From an uncultured Oscillospiraceae bacterium (GTDB taxonomy: Bacteria > Bacillota > Clostridia > Acetivibrionales > DTU013): 64,000 nucleotides of DNA. Below, in pieces: positions 26,772 to 36,830 of this stretch. Position 1 is the stretch's first letter. The number at the start of each line of letters is the position of its first letter. The position numbers and the translations under genes are program-made. The DNA lies in the NCBI GenBank assembly GCA_964512095.1, contig CAZEIH010000004.1:34919-98918 (forward strand), given 5' to 3'. The notes below the pieces were generated by a model. It had not been told where the DNA came from. It was given only the letters and a program-made list of their open reading frames with translations, and did no database searches.

Positions 26772-27950
26772 ATGCCAGCTCAAGCTCAAGAGACAATTCG
26801 TTTTGTCACTATAATTATATCCATTTGTTTTTCTTTTTGCATACCCCTGCTTTCCTTTTGGATTAAAAAGTCAGATGAAAGGCTGAGACTTTCGGCTTTT
26901 ACATTTATATCAGTATTCATACTGAATATAGCAGCTGCATTCCTGTATGACCCAATGCAGTCTACTGTTTTGTTCCAATATTCCAACGCTTTGCTATTAT
27001 TACTATTCATTGCCGCTCTTGCTACAGGCAATAGCTTTCTAGTAAAATCACTGACATTGCTGGCACCTACAGCACTGATTGTATTTTCTCATTTCAGTTT
27101 AACCTTTACAAGGTACCCATATCATCATAATATTAGTGCGACTTTGGTGATAATATTGTCCATTATCATTATGTATATGCACAAAAGTAAAAAGGGGACA
27201 AAGAGCCTGTTGTTTTGGTTCGTTTTGCCGATGCTGGTATCCGCTGTAGTGGGATTATACCCAAATTCCCAGATACTCATCTTGGCATCACCTGTTTTTA
27301 TGCTAATCTCTTACTCCATACTACTTTACTTTTACTATGACTCCTTTATACATTCATTGGTAATTAGAGCTGAGGAAAGTGAAAGAAAGCTATCTGGCAT
27401 TGACCGCTCTGTTGAGGTAGAGGTTAAAAAAAGAATGTTGGAGTTGGAAAACATGAACAAAAAGCTATTGGATATATCCAAAACAGACGCCCTATCTAAT
27501 GTTCTCAATAAAGCAGCAATACTCAAGGCAATGGACCGTCTCATCAACGATAAATCAAATTCGAAGTTTTCTATACTTATGTTTGATATTGATGACTTTA
27601 AAAATATAAACGATACTCACGGCCATTTTGTAGGTGACAAATGCATACGAACGCTCTCATCAACTGCCCGGAAAAGCTTTAGAGATATCGATTTGGTGGG
27701 AAGATATGGCGGAGACGAATTTATCATTATATTGCCGGATACCGGAAGCAAGCAGGCTTTAATCGTCGCCGAGCGCTTTAGAAAAACAGTGGCTGAGTCA
27801 TCCTCTCCAAGCATTACTATATCAATAGGGATAGCATCATATCCCTTAGACGGCACTAACATCGGTAATCTAATCAAGGTAGCTGATAAAGGATTATATG
27901 CTTCAAAGAAAAAAGGTAAAAACACAATATCCCATAATAGTGAAGTGTGA
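26772..27950 (+). CDS. Membrane-anchored diguanylate cyclase (multi-TM N-terminus + GGDEF domain)
   Basis: RYGGDEF with an I-site RDID five residues upstream. The N-terminal ~190 aa are hydrophobic. GGGAGG RBS. Confidence 0.88.
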   Translation: MPAQAQETIRFVTIIISICFSFCIPLLSFWIKKSDERLRLSAFTFISVFILNIAAAFLYDPMQSTVLFQYSNALLLLLFIAALATGNSFLVKSLTLLAPTALIVFSHFSLTFTRYPYHHNISATLVIILSIIIMYMHKSKKGTKSLLFWFVLPMLVSAVVGLYPNSQILILASPVFMLISYSILLYFYYDSFIHSLVIRAEESERKLSGIDRSVEVEVKKRMLELENMNKKLLDISKTDALSNVLNKAAILKAMDRLINDKSNSKFSILMFDIDDFKNINDTHGHFVGDKCIRTLSSTARKSFRDIDLVGRYGGDEFIIILPDTGSKQALIVAERFRKTVAESSSPSITISIGIASYPLDGTNIGNLIKVADKGLYASKKKGKNTISHNSEV

Positions 27951-27970
27951 ATAGAGGGTTACAGCTTTTT

Positions 27971-29197
27971 TTATGAAAGCGAAGGCCTTTTACTTGTATC
28001 TTCTATCCATCTAGGTCTAATACGCCTTATAATGGCAAAGCTTAAAAGTAAAAAACCACATATAATGAATACGTATATATGGGAATAGTTGGAGATAATA
28101 TAGGCCGTACAACCCATACCCGCCATCCTTCCTACACTGGAGACCACATCATTGGCACTTGAAACTCTAGCCATATATTCCTTACCGGTTATCATCTGAA
28201 ACCTCGCTGCAATGATAATACCAGCTATTGAGCTAAATAAGCCCTCTATAAACTGAAATAGTAAAACCAGTGCATAGTTTATGGTACCTGCGTGTAAAAA
28301 CCATATGAGCGATACCAGTATCAGACAAGTGTAAAATAGCCGTCCATCCCTCATTCCATATCTCTTGTCCAGATGCTTTGTCAATATCATGGCTAGTAGA
28401 TTCGTTCCATAAAAAATGGTTATCATCAGGCTCCAGCCCTTGCCTGTAACCTTGAGCACATCAAAGGCAAAGGGATAGAAGGCAATATTTACTGATATAG
28501 TGCAAAATCCAATTATTATACCTGCCAAGAGTAACTCAATAATTGCAGGTGTATTCTTGCAGTATTTTAACCCGTTTCGAAAGGCTGATACGTCATTTTC
28601 ATAAAGATTTGCTAATACTATTCCACGTCTCCCACCCAATGACAGCATTGAAAAAATAGTCATAGTACCTGAAAACAAGCAGCACACCGCTGCAATAATA
28701 ATGGCAGGCGCAAGTCCGAAGCTGTCAGTTAGAGCTCCTGCCAACAAGGGCCCTATCAAATATGCTGCTCCCCCAACACCTGCCAACTGTGAATTAGCTG
28801 CCAATCCATTATCCTTACCGGTAGATGTCAGTACATATTTTCTTCTGGATGGATTATAAAAAACATCAAACACTGATATCAATATCAAAAGCATATATAT
28901 GTGGGTGATATTTCTTGCAAAAAGAAATAAGGGCGTTACAACAAACCTACCAATATCAATTAGTATTAGTAACCTCCCTTCCCTTTTTTTATCACCAAGT
29001 ACGCCTGCAAAGGGTGATGCAAATATGCTTGGCAACGATGAAAAAATTACCCCGGCTGCAGCAGAAACACCGGAGCCTGTCAGCTTATATATCAACATTG
29101 TAACAGCTATAAGCCGCATGGATTCACCAAGGCCTAAAACGCCCTGGCCAACCAGAAAAAAGCGAAAGCATCTCATCTTTTCCCCACTCCGAAACAT
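27971..29197 (-). CDS. MFS-family transporter
   Basis: A ~12-TM hydrophobic protein of 408 aa with an MFS-like G-x-L-x-D-(K/R) loop (FAGVLGDKKREGR). The start is uncertain. Confidence 0.75.
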   Translation of the reverse strand: MFRSGEKMRCFRFFLVGQGVLGLGESMRLIAVTMLIYKLTGSGVSAAAGVIFSSLPSIFASPFAGVLGDKKREGRLLILIDIGRFVVTPLFLFARNITHIYMLLILISVFDVFYNPSRRKYVLTSTGKDNGLAANSQLAGVGGAAYLIGPLLAGALTDSFGLAPAIIIAAVCCLFSGTMTIFSMLSLGGRRGIVLANLYENDVSAFRNGLKYCKNTPAIIELLLAGIIIGFCTISVNIAFYPFAFDVLKVTGKGWSLMITIFYGTNLLAMILTKHLDKRYGMRDGRLFYTCLILVSLIWFLHAGTINYALVLLFQFIEGLFSSIAGIIIAARFQMITGKEYMARVSSANDVVSSVGRMAGMGCTAYIISNYSHIYVFIICGFLLLSFAIIRRIRPRWIEDTSKRPSLS

Positions 29198-29255
29198 TTC
29201 ATAATTGATAATATTCCGTAAACGAGGGATTATGCATGTCTTTTTCCAGTGATTA

Positions 29256-30188
29256 TTAGTCAGGGCCCTTTTCCACTAGATGGGGCATTGGCAAGTATTT
29301 GCTTATTCCCATATATCTGATTTCGGAGCTTCCAGTGTCAGTGACTGTAATCCAGGATTTCACCACTGCACCGTCCATCCCCTCCATAAGCAGTTTCCTC
29401 TCATCAGTGCTGATTTGTGGGTTTATTTTGTACATAGTAGGCGCCTTTGTAGTCTCAAGTATCTCATGATTCCACTTGACCAAAGGAGCTTTCTTGCTGC
29501 CATATATGCCCATGTACAAGACATTACCTATTCCCTTAGCCCAAATTAATATATCAGCTCCAGAGTTGTTTTGAAACCTGATATCTTTGTTCCCATATGA
29601 TACAGTGGCATCCTGCCCATATGGAACATAGGGTACAGGCATTGTGTGATTATGCCTTTCCAATATCTTCATATCAGATAAAACCGCTGTATTATACAGA
29701 GTCGATGCTATTTTACAAACTCCGCCTCCTATGGTTGTTGTTACTATTGTGCCAATATATGTCGGTCCTTTTCTGAAACCCCTGGCTTCTGTATAAGGAC
29801 CAATGGATGAATTTTGTGAGAACACCTCCCCATTTCTTACAAGCGTACCGGCTAGCATATCTGCAGCACGATGCACATTATACTCCTCTCCGGGGAGAGG
29901 ATCCTTTAGCACTGTTTTATAGCCTGCCAGTAGTATTTTAGTATTGTTTTTCTCAATAGCATCGATAAATGCCATATCATTTACCCAAGGCATTTCAGTT
30001 TCAGGTCCCGATACAATTTCTAGAAATACTCCCTCCTCAGTAATCCCACTAATGCTGCCTATAGCTGAAGGCATCAAGCTCAAATCCGGGGCTACAGTTA
30101 CCGGATAGTATACCGACATTAGGCAGACCGATAACATGAGGGTTGTGTTTTTAAAATATTTACATATGTTTTTAATATGTCGTCTCAT
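29256..30188 (-). CDS. VanW-domain protein with N-terminal signal/anchor
   Basis: The VanW-like core reads GGGVCKIASTLYNTAVLSDMKILERHNH...GQDATVSYGNKDIRFQNN. Confidence 0.75.
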   Translation of the reverse strand: MRRHIKNICKYFKNTTLMLSVCLMSVYYPVTVAPDLSLMPSAIGSISGITEEGVFLEIVSGPETEMPWVNDMAFIDAIEKNNTKILLAGYKTVLKDPLPGEEYNVHRAADMLAGTLVRNGEVFSQNSSIGPYTEARGFRKGPTYIGTIVTTTIGGGVCKIASTLYNTAVLSDMKILERHNHTMPVPYVPYGQDATVSYGNKDIRFQNNSGADILIWAKGIGNVLYMGIYGSKKAPLVKWNHEILETTKAPTMYKINPQISTDERKLLMEGMDGAVVKSWITVTDTGSSEIRYMGISKYLPMPHLVEKGPD

Positions 30189-30317
30189 AAAGCTATTATC
30201 ACCTAAAACACAAATTTTACGCTGTAAATAATTGCAGTAATATTGTTCTTCAAGATTTCATATTGTCAACTGAAAGGAATAAACTGTATGGCGAAATATT
30301 ACGGAGGTAAAAAAAGC

Positions 30318-30731
30318 ATGGTTGTGCTTCTTTCTCTATTCGGTATGATATGCTGGGGAATTGCGCCTGTCTTTGCCAAAGCAGCCCTTAAAAACATTGA
30401 TCCAGTTGCTGGGCTAGTACTTCGAACAATTTTTGCCTCCAGCGTAGTTTCTGGTTGGGTCATAATTAGTGGCAATTTTTCCAAAGTCAGCAGCATACCT
30501 GCCAGTACATGGTGGCTGATTGGAATAGAGGCCCTTTTGGCTACACTGGTTGGAGATTTGGCATATTACGCAGCCCTAAAAAAAGGAGACGTGTCCCTTG
30601 TAACAATAATAATGTCCAGTTCGCCATTAATCACAATACTCTGCTCCATACTCTTCCTAGGCGAGCAGATAAACCTCATTCGCTTCATAGGCGCCGTACT
30701 GGTCATCACAGGCATTATCCTTATTATATGA
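30318..30731 (+). CDS. Small EamA-domain (DMT superfamily) membrane protein
   Basis: A single EamA-like 4-5 TM unit (WGIAPVFAK..., LGEQINLIRFIGAVLVITGIILI). A strong GGAGGT RBS lies 9 nt before the ATG at 30318. The earlier ORF-track start is less likely. Confidence 0.75.
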   Translation: MVVLLSLFGMICWGIAPVFAKAALKNIDPVAGLVLRTIFASSVVSGWVIISGNFSKVSSIPASTWWLIGIEALLATLVGDLAYYAALKKGDVSLVTIIMSSSPLITILCSILFLGEQINLIRFIGAVLVITGIILII

Positions 30732-30768
30732 AACATAGATAATAGATACATCTCACATGCTTCATTCC

Positions 30769-32247
30769 TTAGTGTTGAGATATGACGCCGGTAGGATTGC
30801 TCCCGAGCACACGTATATAATCCGCCTTTGGATCAAATGTACCCTGGAGCTCACAATACTCTTCCTTCAATAGCTTTATGTAGTCTATCACATCATCAGT
30901 AATTCTCTCGCCCAGACAGATTACCGGAATCCCAGGAGGATATGCCATCACCATTTCGCCAGCGATTTCACCAGCTGAGTCCTCCAGCCTGATAGTCTTC
31001 TTTTCATTGTAAAATGCATCCCTAGGAGTTACAATCATCTCTGGATTATCCGGTATTTTAAAGTCATTACTTACTTTTTCTTCATTTCTACCCAGGGACA
31101 ATTGCCGCAGTGCATTAACAAAAGCAGTAATATCTTCTTTTCTGTCTCCTATAGATACAATAGCCAATATATTGTGTAAATCTGACATCTCAACTTGTAT
31201 ATTGAAGTTTTCCCGCAGCTTTGCTTCTATTTGATATCCCGTATAACCTGTATTTCTAACATTCACTCCCAGCTTTGTCTCATCAAAATCAAAGCAACCA
31301 GTTTTATCTATTAATTCATCACCAAAAGCATATAAACCTGGTATTTGATTTATTTCCTCCCTTGCCCACCTAACAAGCTTCAGTGTTTCCTCTAGCATTT
31401 CTGCTCCTTTGGTAGCCAACTGCTTACGGGCAATATCAAGAGAGCACATAAGCAAATAGGAAGCACTTGAGGTAAAGGTCAAGCCTAGCGAGTGCTTTAT
31501 TCTGTCTTGAGGGATAAGTCCTCCTCTAGACAACAATACTGAGCTTTGTGTCAATGAGCCCGCGGTTTTATGTATACTCGCAGCGCTCATATCAGCCCCA
31601 ACCTCCATAGCAGTAAGTGGGAAATCATCATGGAACATCATATGGGCCCCATGTGCTTCATCCGCAATCACTGCCATTTCGTGCGTATGGGCTATTCTGA
31701 CTATTGATTTTATATCTGATGTTATTCCATAGTAGGTAGGATTAATGATAAATACAGCTTTTGCATGGGGGTTCTTTTTTATAGCCTTCCTAATGCTCTC
31801 TGTAGTGACCCCCATAGTTATTCCCAGCTCATGATTGATCTCGGGCTGAACATATACAGGCATGGCACCACTTAAAATAATCCCTCCAATAGTAGATTTG
31901 TGAGCATTCCTGGGTATTATAACCTTGCTTCCGGGTTCACATGCACTCAATATCATCGCCTGCACACCAGAAGTAGTACCATTGACCAAGAAGTATGCAT
32001 TTTCTGCTCCAAAGGCATGAGCCATCAGTTTTTGAGCATCCATTATTACTCCAGTGGGATTACTGGCAAAATCAAGCTCCTCCATTCCATTAACGTCCAT
32101 CCTAAGAGCCTTTTCGCCAATGTATTCCACTAATTCCCTAATGCCTCTTCCATGCTTATGCCCTGGTACATGTAAGGGTATCACATCGCTGTCAATATGC
32201 TTTTTGACTGCATCAAAAAGCGGAGCCCTGTTCTGGTTCATCCGCAT
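30769..32247 (-). CDS. PLP-dependent Orn/Lys/Arg decarboxylase family protein (SpeA/YaaO-like)
   Basis: The major domain carries the PLP lysine context SIHKTAGSLTQSS, and the ~490-aa length resembles Bacillus SpeA. An AGGTGA RBS precedes the ATG at 32247. Confidence 0.85.
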   Translation of the reverse strand: MRMNQNRAPLFDAVKKHIDSDVIPLHVPGHKHGRGIRELVEYIGEKALRMDVNGMEELDFASNPTGVIMDAQKLMAHAFGAENAYFLVNGTTSGVQAMILSACEPGSKVIIPRNAHKSTIGGIILSGAMPVYVQPEINHELGITMGVTTESIRKAIKKNPHAKAVFIINPTYYGITSDIKSIVRIAHTHEMAVIADEAHGAHMMFHDDFPLTAMEVGADMSAASIHKTAGSLTQSSVLLSRGGLIPQDRIKHSLGLTFTSSASYLLMCSLDIARKQLATKGAEMLEETLKLVRWAREEINQIPGLYAFGDELIDKTGCFDFDETKLGVNVRNTGYTGYQIEAKLRENFNIQVEMSDLHNILAIVSIGDRKEDITAFVNALRQLSLGRNEEKVSNDFKIPDNPEMIVTPRDAFYNEKKTIRLEDSAGEIAGEMVMAYPPGIPVICLGERITDDVIDYIKLLKEEYCELQGTFDPKADYIRVLGSNPTGVISQH

Positions 32248-32379
32248 AAATATCACCTGAATTTACAGTAAAATCATTTTCCGTGTATTATATGCGTCAG
32301 ATTCCTAACTGTGCCTATTTGAACAACCTCCTATTAGGCAGGGGGTACAGATTGAAAAAGCTGTCAGTGGCGAGTACAA

Positions 32380-32545
32380 TCTCCCAGTCAGGATGCATGG
32401 GCGAGCAGATGACGAAGTCATCGACCAGCCGACGTTGTTCAAACGCCACGTTTAGGCGTGGCGCACGGAGTGTAGCGTAGGGCGAATTCATTTCGCCCGT
32501 AGCGAGGGGGTATGGGGGCCTGCCCCCATTGGAAATTAAACAGGA
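32380..32545. other. GC-rich intergenic island with three consecutive 7-bp-stem hairpins (unidentified structured element)
   Basis: Three hairpins: cgccacg-tttagg-cgtggcg (32444-32463), gggcgaa-ttcat-ttcgccc (32480-32498) and atggggg-cctg-cccccat (32512-32529). GTAGCG direct repeats flank the middle hairpin. Confidence 0.5.
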
Positions 32546-32569
32546 CATAAAAAAACATGGGGTCGTACT

Positions 32570-33784
32570 CTATTCGTAGCGCAAGGATTCTATGGGGTCC
32601 AAATCCGCTGCACGTTTTGCTGGGTAAACTCCGAAAATTAATCCCAATGCAACAGAACCCAGGAATGCAAGTGTAATAACCTTCAAGTCTACAACAGGGG
32701 GGATTTTGATTAGCGCTGAGATTATGCCACCAGAAATGACGCCAAGCAAAATTCCTATCAGTCCGCTTATACCCGTCATAATAATAGATTCGGTTATAAA
32801 CTGAAGGACAATATCCTTCTTTTGCGCTCCCAACGCCTTCCTGATACCTATTTCTCGGATTCTCTCTGTAACGGAAACCAACAGAATATTTACAATGCCA
32901 ATACCCCCTACGATTAACGTTATTACTGCTATGACAAGTAGTATAGAGGAAACAACGCCTAAAACATCGCTGAAGGCCTTTTGTATGTCGGCAGAATTCT
33001 GTGCCAAATAAATACCCTCTCTGCCATGCTTACTTTCAAGGTAGCTAACGATTCTCTTTCCAACATCTCGTAGCTTATCCTTTTCCACCAATGTGACATC
33101 TATTTGTGAAAGCTTTTCACTGTTGGGGTAAAACTGTTGTACTGTTGTAATAGGCATATATACTATAGCTGGAATCATATCGCTTTCTAGCATACCCTCG
33201 AACATATTATCGCCGCTACTCATCACTCCTGCAATTTTTAGTGAAATGTTGCTTCCTGAGGAGGTCTTGAGGGTAATCGTCTCACCAGTTACATCCTGAC
33301 CCTCCTCAAAAAACTTCTTCACAAATAATTCATCTACAATAACTGTCTTTGCCCTCTTCGATACATCGAACTCATTGATAAAACGTCCATATTTCATTTC
33401 AATCAAAGCAAAATTCTTAAATTGAGAAGATATGCCTAGTACAATGGCATCCTTCGTTTCATCTCCTATTCGCAACGAACCGCTTTTTTGAATGTTGGTT
33501 GCAATATTTTTTATCTCTGGCGCCGCTTCCTTTATATAATCCATGTCCTTTAATGTCAGCCAATCCTTTTTATCGACATTCATTTTTTTATAGGTTATGC
33601 TAATCGTATTGGCACCAATTTTCTCAAACTGAGCATTCATATAGTTTTCAGTAGCACTGCCTAATGCCATAATAGTAATTATGGAAAATACCCCCATTAC
33701 TATTCCTAGCATTGTAAGTAAAGAACGCAGCGTATTTGCCTTCAAACTATCCAAAGCCTGTTTAATGCTTTCGGAAAAATTCAT
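32570..33784 (-). CDS. MacB/FtsX-type ABC transporter permease (YknZ-like)
   Basis: MacB_PCD-like extracytoplasmic domain between TM1 and TM2, plus a C-terminal FtsX domain (RIREIGIRKALGAQKKDI). Confidence 0.88.
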   Translation of the reverse strand: MNFSESIKQALDSLKANTLRSLLTMLGIVMGVFSIITIMALGSATENYMNAQFEKIGANTISITYKKMNVDKKDWLTLKDMDYIKEAAPEIKNIATNIQKSGSLRIGDETKDAIVLGISSQFKNFALIEMKYGRFINEFDVSKRAKTVIVDELFVKKFFEEGQDVTGETITLKTSSGSNISLKIAGVMSSGDNMFEGMLESDMIPAIVYMPITTVQQFYPNSEKLSQIDVTLVEKDKLRDVGKRIVSYLESKHGREGIYLAQNSADIQKAFSDVLGVVSSILLVIAVITLIVGGIGIVNILLVSVTERIREIGIRKALGAQKKDIVLQFITESIIMTGISGLIGILLGVISGGIISALIKIPPVVDLKVITLAFLGSVALGLIFGVYPAKRAADLDPIESLRYE

Positions 33785-33852
33785 GTGCTTACCTCACTTC
33801 TTTCCAGTTAGCTGTTTTGAATTGCTGAAAATAACGGTTATTCGCACTATTA

Positions 33853-35118
33853 CTACTTCTTCATTTTTACGCGCATCCCGTCACTGTAGCTGGGCTGTGG
33901 ATCTAGTACAACAATTTCTCCTTCTGTCAGCCCTTCAAGTATCTCTACATTCATATCTGAATTTATACCCACTGTAACATTTCGTTGTTTAATCACGTTA
34001 GCCCCTTCTTCGACCACAAACACCATCATATTGTCATCCTTATCAGGTGTTATCGCCTCCATTGGCGCAAGAATAATACCATTTTTATCAATTACTGCTA
34101 TTTCACATGTGACATTCAGTCCTGGCTTGAGAACATCTCCTGCACCATCAACACTGATAAGGACTTCTACTACAGTCTCATTTCCATTGGAGGTCATACT
34201 GGTCACTGCCACAGGTGATATGCTCTTGATACTTCCTGCTATTTCGATATTCTTATCAATAGCATCTCCTGTCACCCTTACCTTCTGCCCTACCGCCACA
34301 TTTTTCACATCATACTCATTAACCTTTGCTCTGATCTGGAGCTTGTTAGGATCTATTATCCTGTAGGCAGACTGCATACTGCTGGTAAAAGCACCTTCCT
34401 GCACGCTCACACTGGTAACGATACCATCCATCGAAGCAGAACACATTTCGTCTATATCCTTTATCTTCTTTTCCAGATCTGATATCTGAATATCTGTAAC
34501 CTTTATACTTTCTTCTGCTGTCTTTTTAGAGTTAGTCCGGCTCTCAACAGCTGAATTGTACGCCAACCTTGCATTTTTCAAACCACTCATGCCTGAATCG
34601 GCATCAATAAATGCTTTTTCCGACATATCAAGCTCTGTTTTGGAAATCGCATTAGCTTCATATAAAACCTTATTGTCTTCAAATGTCTTTTTACAATCGT
34701 TATAATACCTTTCAGCGGCCTTCTGATTATTTAGCGCCCTTTCGACTTCAGCATCCAACGCCTTCGAGTTCATTGAAATCTGCTGGGTATTCCTGTTTAT
34801 CTTTAATGTCTCTAGCTGAGACTGTAATGCGTCCATATCCAATTCAAGCAGCTTTTGCCCCTTGGTAACCTTCTCTCCTTGTTCCATCATCACACTTGTG
34901 ACCTTCAAAGGAGTATCAAAATAAATCTCTGCCTTATCTACCTCCTCAATTACACCATCTGAAGAGATATATGATGAAAGCTCTCCTTTTTCAATATTTA
35001 CCGTGGTAACACTTACTGAACTACCGCCTTCTGATCCCATTACCCTCAATACTCCTGCAGTTATCAGTGCCGCCGCAGAAACAGCTATGATACTACCTAT
35101 AATCACTTTTTTGTTCAT
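33853..35118 (-). CDS. Membrane-fusion (HlyD/MacA-like) adaptor protein (YknX-like)
   Basis: N-terminal anchor, biotinyl-lipoyl-like and coiled-coil hairpin region, and a beta-barrel C-terminus, within the ABC operon. Confidence 0.85.
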   Translation of the reverse strand: MNKKVIIGSIIAVSAAALITAGVLRVMGSEGGSSVSVTTVNIEKGELSSYISSDGVIEEVDKAEIYFDTPLKVTSVMMEQGEKVTKGQKLLELDMDALQSQLETLKINRNTQQISMNSKALDAEVERALNNQKAAERYYNDCKKTFEDNKVLYEANAISKTELDMSEKAFIDADSGMSGLKNARLAYNSAVESRTNSKKTAEESIKVTDIQISDLEKKIKDIDEMCSASMDGIVTSVSVQEGAFTSSMQSAYRIIDPNKLQIRAKVNEYDVKNVAVGQKVRVTGDAIDKNIEIAGSIKSISPVAVTSMTSNGNETVVEVLISVDGAGDVLKPGLNVTCEIAVIDKNGIILAPMEAITPDKDDNMMVFVVEEGANVIKQRNVTVGINSDMNVEILEGLTEGEIVVLDPQPSYSDGMRVKMKK

Positions 35119-35189
35119 TGTTTAACCTCCAAAAAAATATCTCTATCAAAACAAAACTACCGTATCCTCACTGACTCCTGGTTCAATTA

Positions 35190-35942
35190 CTATCCCATTA
35201 ACTTCATGGCTACTCCAACATTGATGGTACCTACAATAATGCCAATTACTAGTATTACCGCTGTAACAATATATACATACCTCTTTTTTAGATTGCTCAC
35301 CGAAGTAAAGCCGATAGCCATTACCCCATATCTCCATATCCTAAATATATCAATATTGGCCAGCAATCCAAAGAGATAAGGGCCAACCTCATCAGGAGAA
35401 ACCAGAGTCGCCATACATGTTAACGCTACATTTTCATGAAGACTCTCAGTCAGATAAGAAACAGCTAACAAAATCAGTGAATAAAATGCAATAATTATAT
35501 TGGAATGTACTATCACTGATAGATATGCTTTGAACTTTCCCTTGCCTCCAAACAGTTTAAATACGCCAAAAAATATCAAGGCCATTAGCAAAGATGATAT
35601 AAACATTTCGGATATAATTGAGACAATCCCGACACTACTTCCCTGAGAAACGCTTTGTTCGATAAGCTCCGGCGTCATTTCTACCCCAAATAATGATTCC
35701 ATATAATCATCCGATGCTGCCATCTGTCTTCTGAGCATATCAAGGTAAAGAGACCACCTTACTATGTACGGTAAAGCAAATGCTATTGGAGCTGCAAATA
35801 GCCAAAATATAATTCTTGGTTTCTGTGCCAGTTCAGTCATCAGTTTCCCAGGAGACACAAATAACCAAAACAATCTTTTAAAAAACCCGGGTTCCTTTGC
35901 TGAAACCTCATTACTTATGCTTCGCACCTGCAAATCTGACAT
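35190..35942 (-). CDS. Yip1-domain integral membrane protein (YknW-like)
   Basis: A 250-aa protein with 5 predicted TM helices and a Yip1-like N-terminal pattern (FFKRLFWLFVSPGKLMTEL), lying between the ABC ATPase and adaptor genes. Confidence 0.65.
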   Translation of the reverse strand: MSDLQVRSISNEVSAKEPGFFKRLFWLFVSPGKLMTELAQKPRIIFWLFAAPIAFALPYIVRWSLYLDMLRRQMAASDDYMESLFGVEMTPELIEQSVSQGSSVGIVSIISEMFISSLLMALIFFGVFKLFGGKGKFKAYLSVIVHSNIIIAFYSLILLAVSYLTESLHENVALTCMATLVSPDEVGPYLFGLLANIDIFRIWRYGVMAIGFTSVSNLKKRYVYIVTAVILVIGIIVGTINVGVAMKLMG

Positions 35943-35975
35943 AATACCAACCCTTTCAATTAATTTCTAGCAGAA

Positions 35976-36710
35976 TCAAACAACAGCCTGGGACTTGAAT
36001 TTCTGTATAAGCTCACGAGCATCAATAGGATTTTTTACTATTTCATCACTAATCAGGAATCCGTCTCTAAACTTTATTATCCTTTTAGTATGCTCTGCAA
36101 TGTCAGGCTCGTGGGTTACCAACACTATGGTAACCCCCTCCCTGTTCAACTCCTGAAATACTGCCATTATATCCTCACCAGATGCCGTATCTAGATTTCC
36201 AGTAGGCTCATCTGCAAGAATAATAGCAGGATTGTTCACAAGAGCCCTTGCTATAGCAACTCTCTGCTTTTGTCCTCCCGATAGCTCATTTGGCTTGTGG
36301 TCCATCCTTTCAACAAGGCTAACTCTTTCCAACGCACTTATTGCCTTTTCCCTTCGCTCCTTCTTTCCGACTCCGGCATATATCATCGGGAGCTCAATGT
36401 TTTGCACCGCTGTAATACGAGGAAGCAGATTAAAGGACTGAAAAACGAATCCGATTCTCTTGTTACGTATCTTAGCAAGCTCAACATCATCCAGTTCAGA
36501 TATATTTACTCCATCCAACTCATATATGCCCCCAGTAGATCTGTCAAGACATCCTATGATATTCATCAATGTGGATTTTCCCGAGCCTGAAGGCCCCATT
36601 ATTGATACAAATTCTCCTTTGGAAATACCCAGATTAACCTTTTTTAAGGCTTCCACCTGAACCTTTCCTGTATCGTAAATCTTACCGATGTCTTCCATTC
36701 TTATGATCAT
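35976..36710 (-). CDS. ABC transporter ATP-binding protein (MacB/LolD-type, YknY-like)
   Basis: Walker [10 protein letters not shown], signature LSGGQKQR and Walker B ILADEPT. The start is probably the ATG at 36710. Confidence 0.92.
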   Translation of the reverse strand: MIIRMEDIGKIYDTGKVQVEALKKVNLGISKGEFVSIMGPSGSGKSTLMNIIGCLDRSTGGIYELDGVNISELDDVELAKIRNKRIGFVFQSFNLLPRITAVQNIELPMIYAGVGKKERREKAISALERVSLVERMDHKPNELSGGQKQRVAIARALVNNPAIILADEPTGNLDTASGEDIMAVFQELNREGVTIVLVTHEPDIAEHTKRIIKFRDGFLISDEIVKNPIDARELIQKFKSQAVV

Positions 36711-36830
36711 GATCTCAATCACCCTCTAAATACTCTATGATAAAAACACTATGTATAACCCATGCTACTGAAACAATCAAAAACTTGTACCCTATACAGA
36801 TACGTATTCATAACTACTTTTGTCTTAACA

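Noticed and set aside
32283-32548. Overlapping 65-aa (+) and 77-aa (-) ORFs in the GC-rich island
   Set aside because: They mutually overlap on opposite strands, have no RBS and no recognisable motifs, and coincide with hairpins. I treat the region as non-coding structured DNA/RNA instead.
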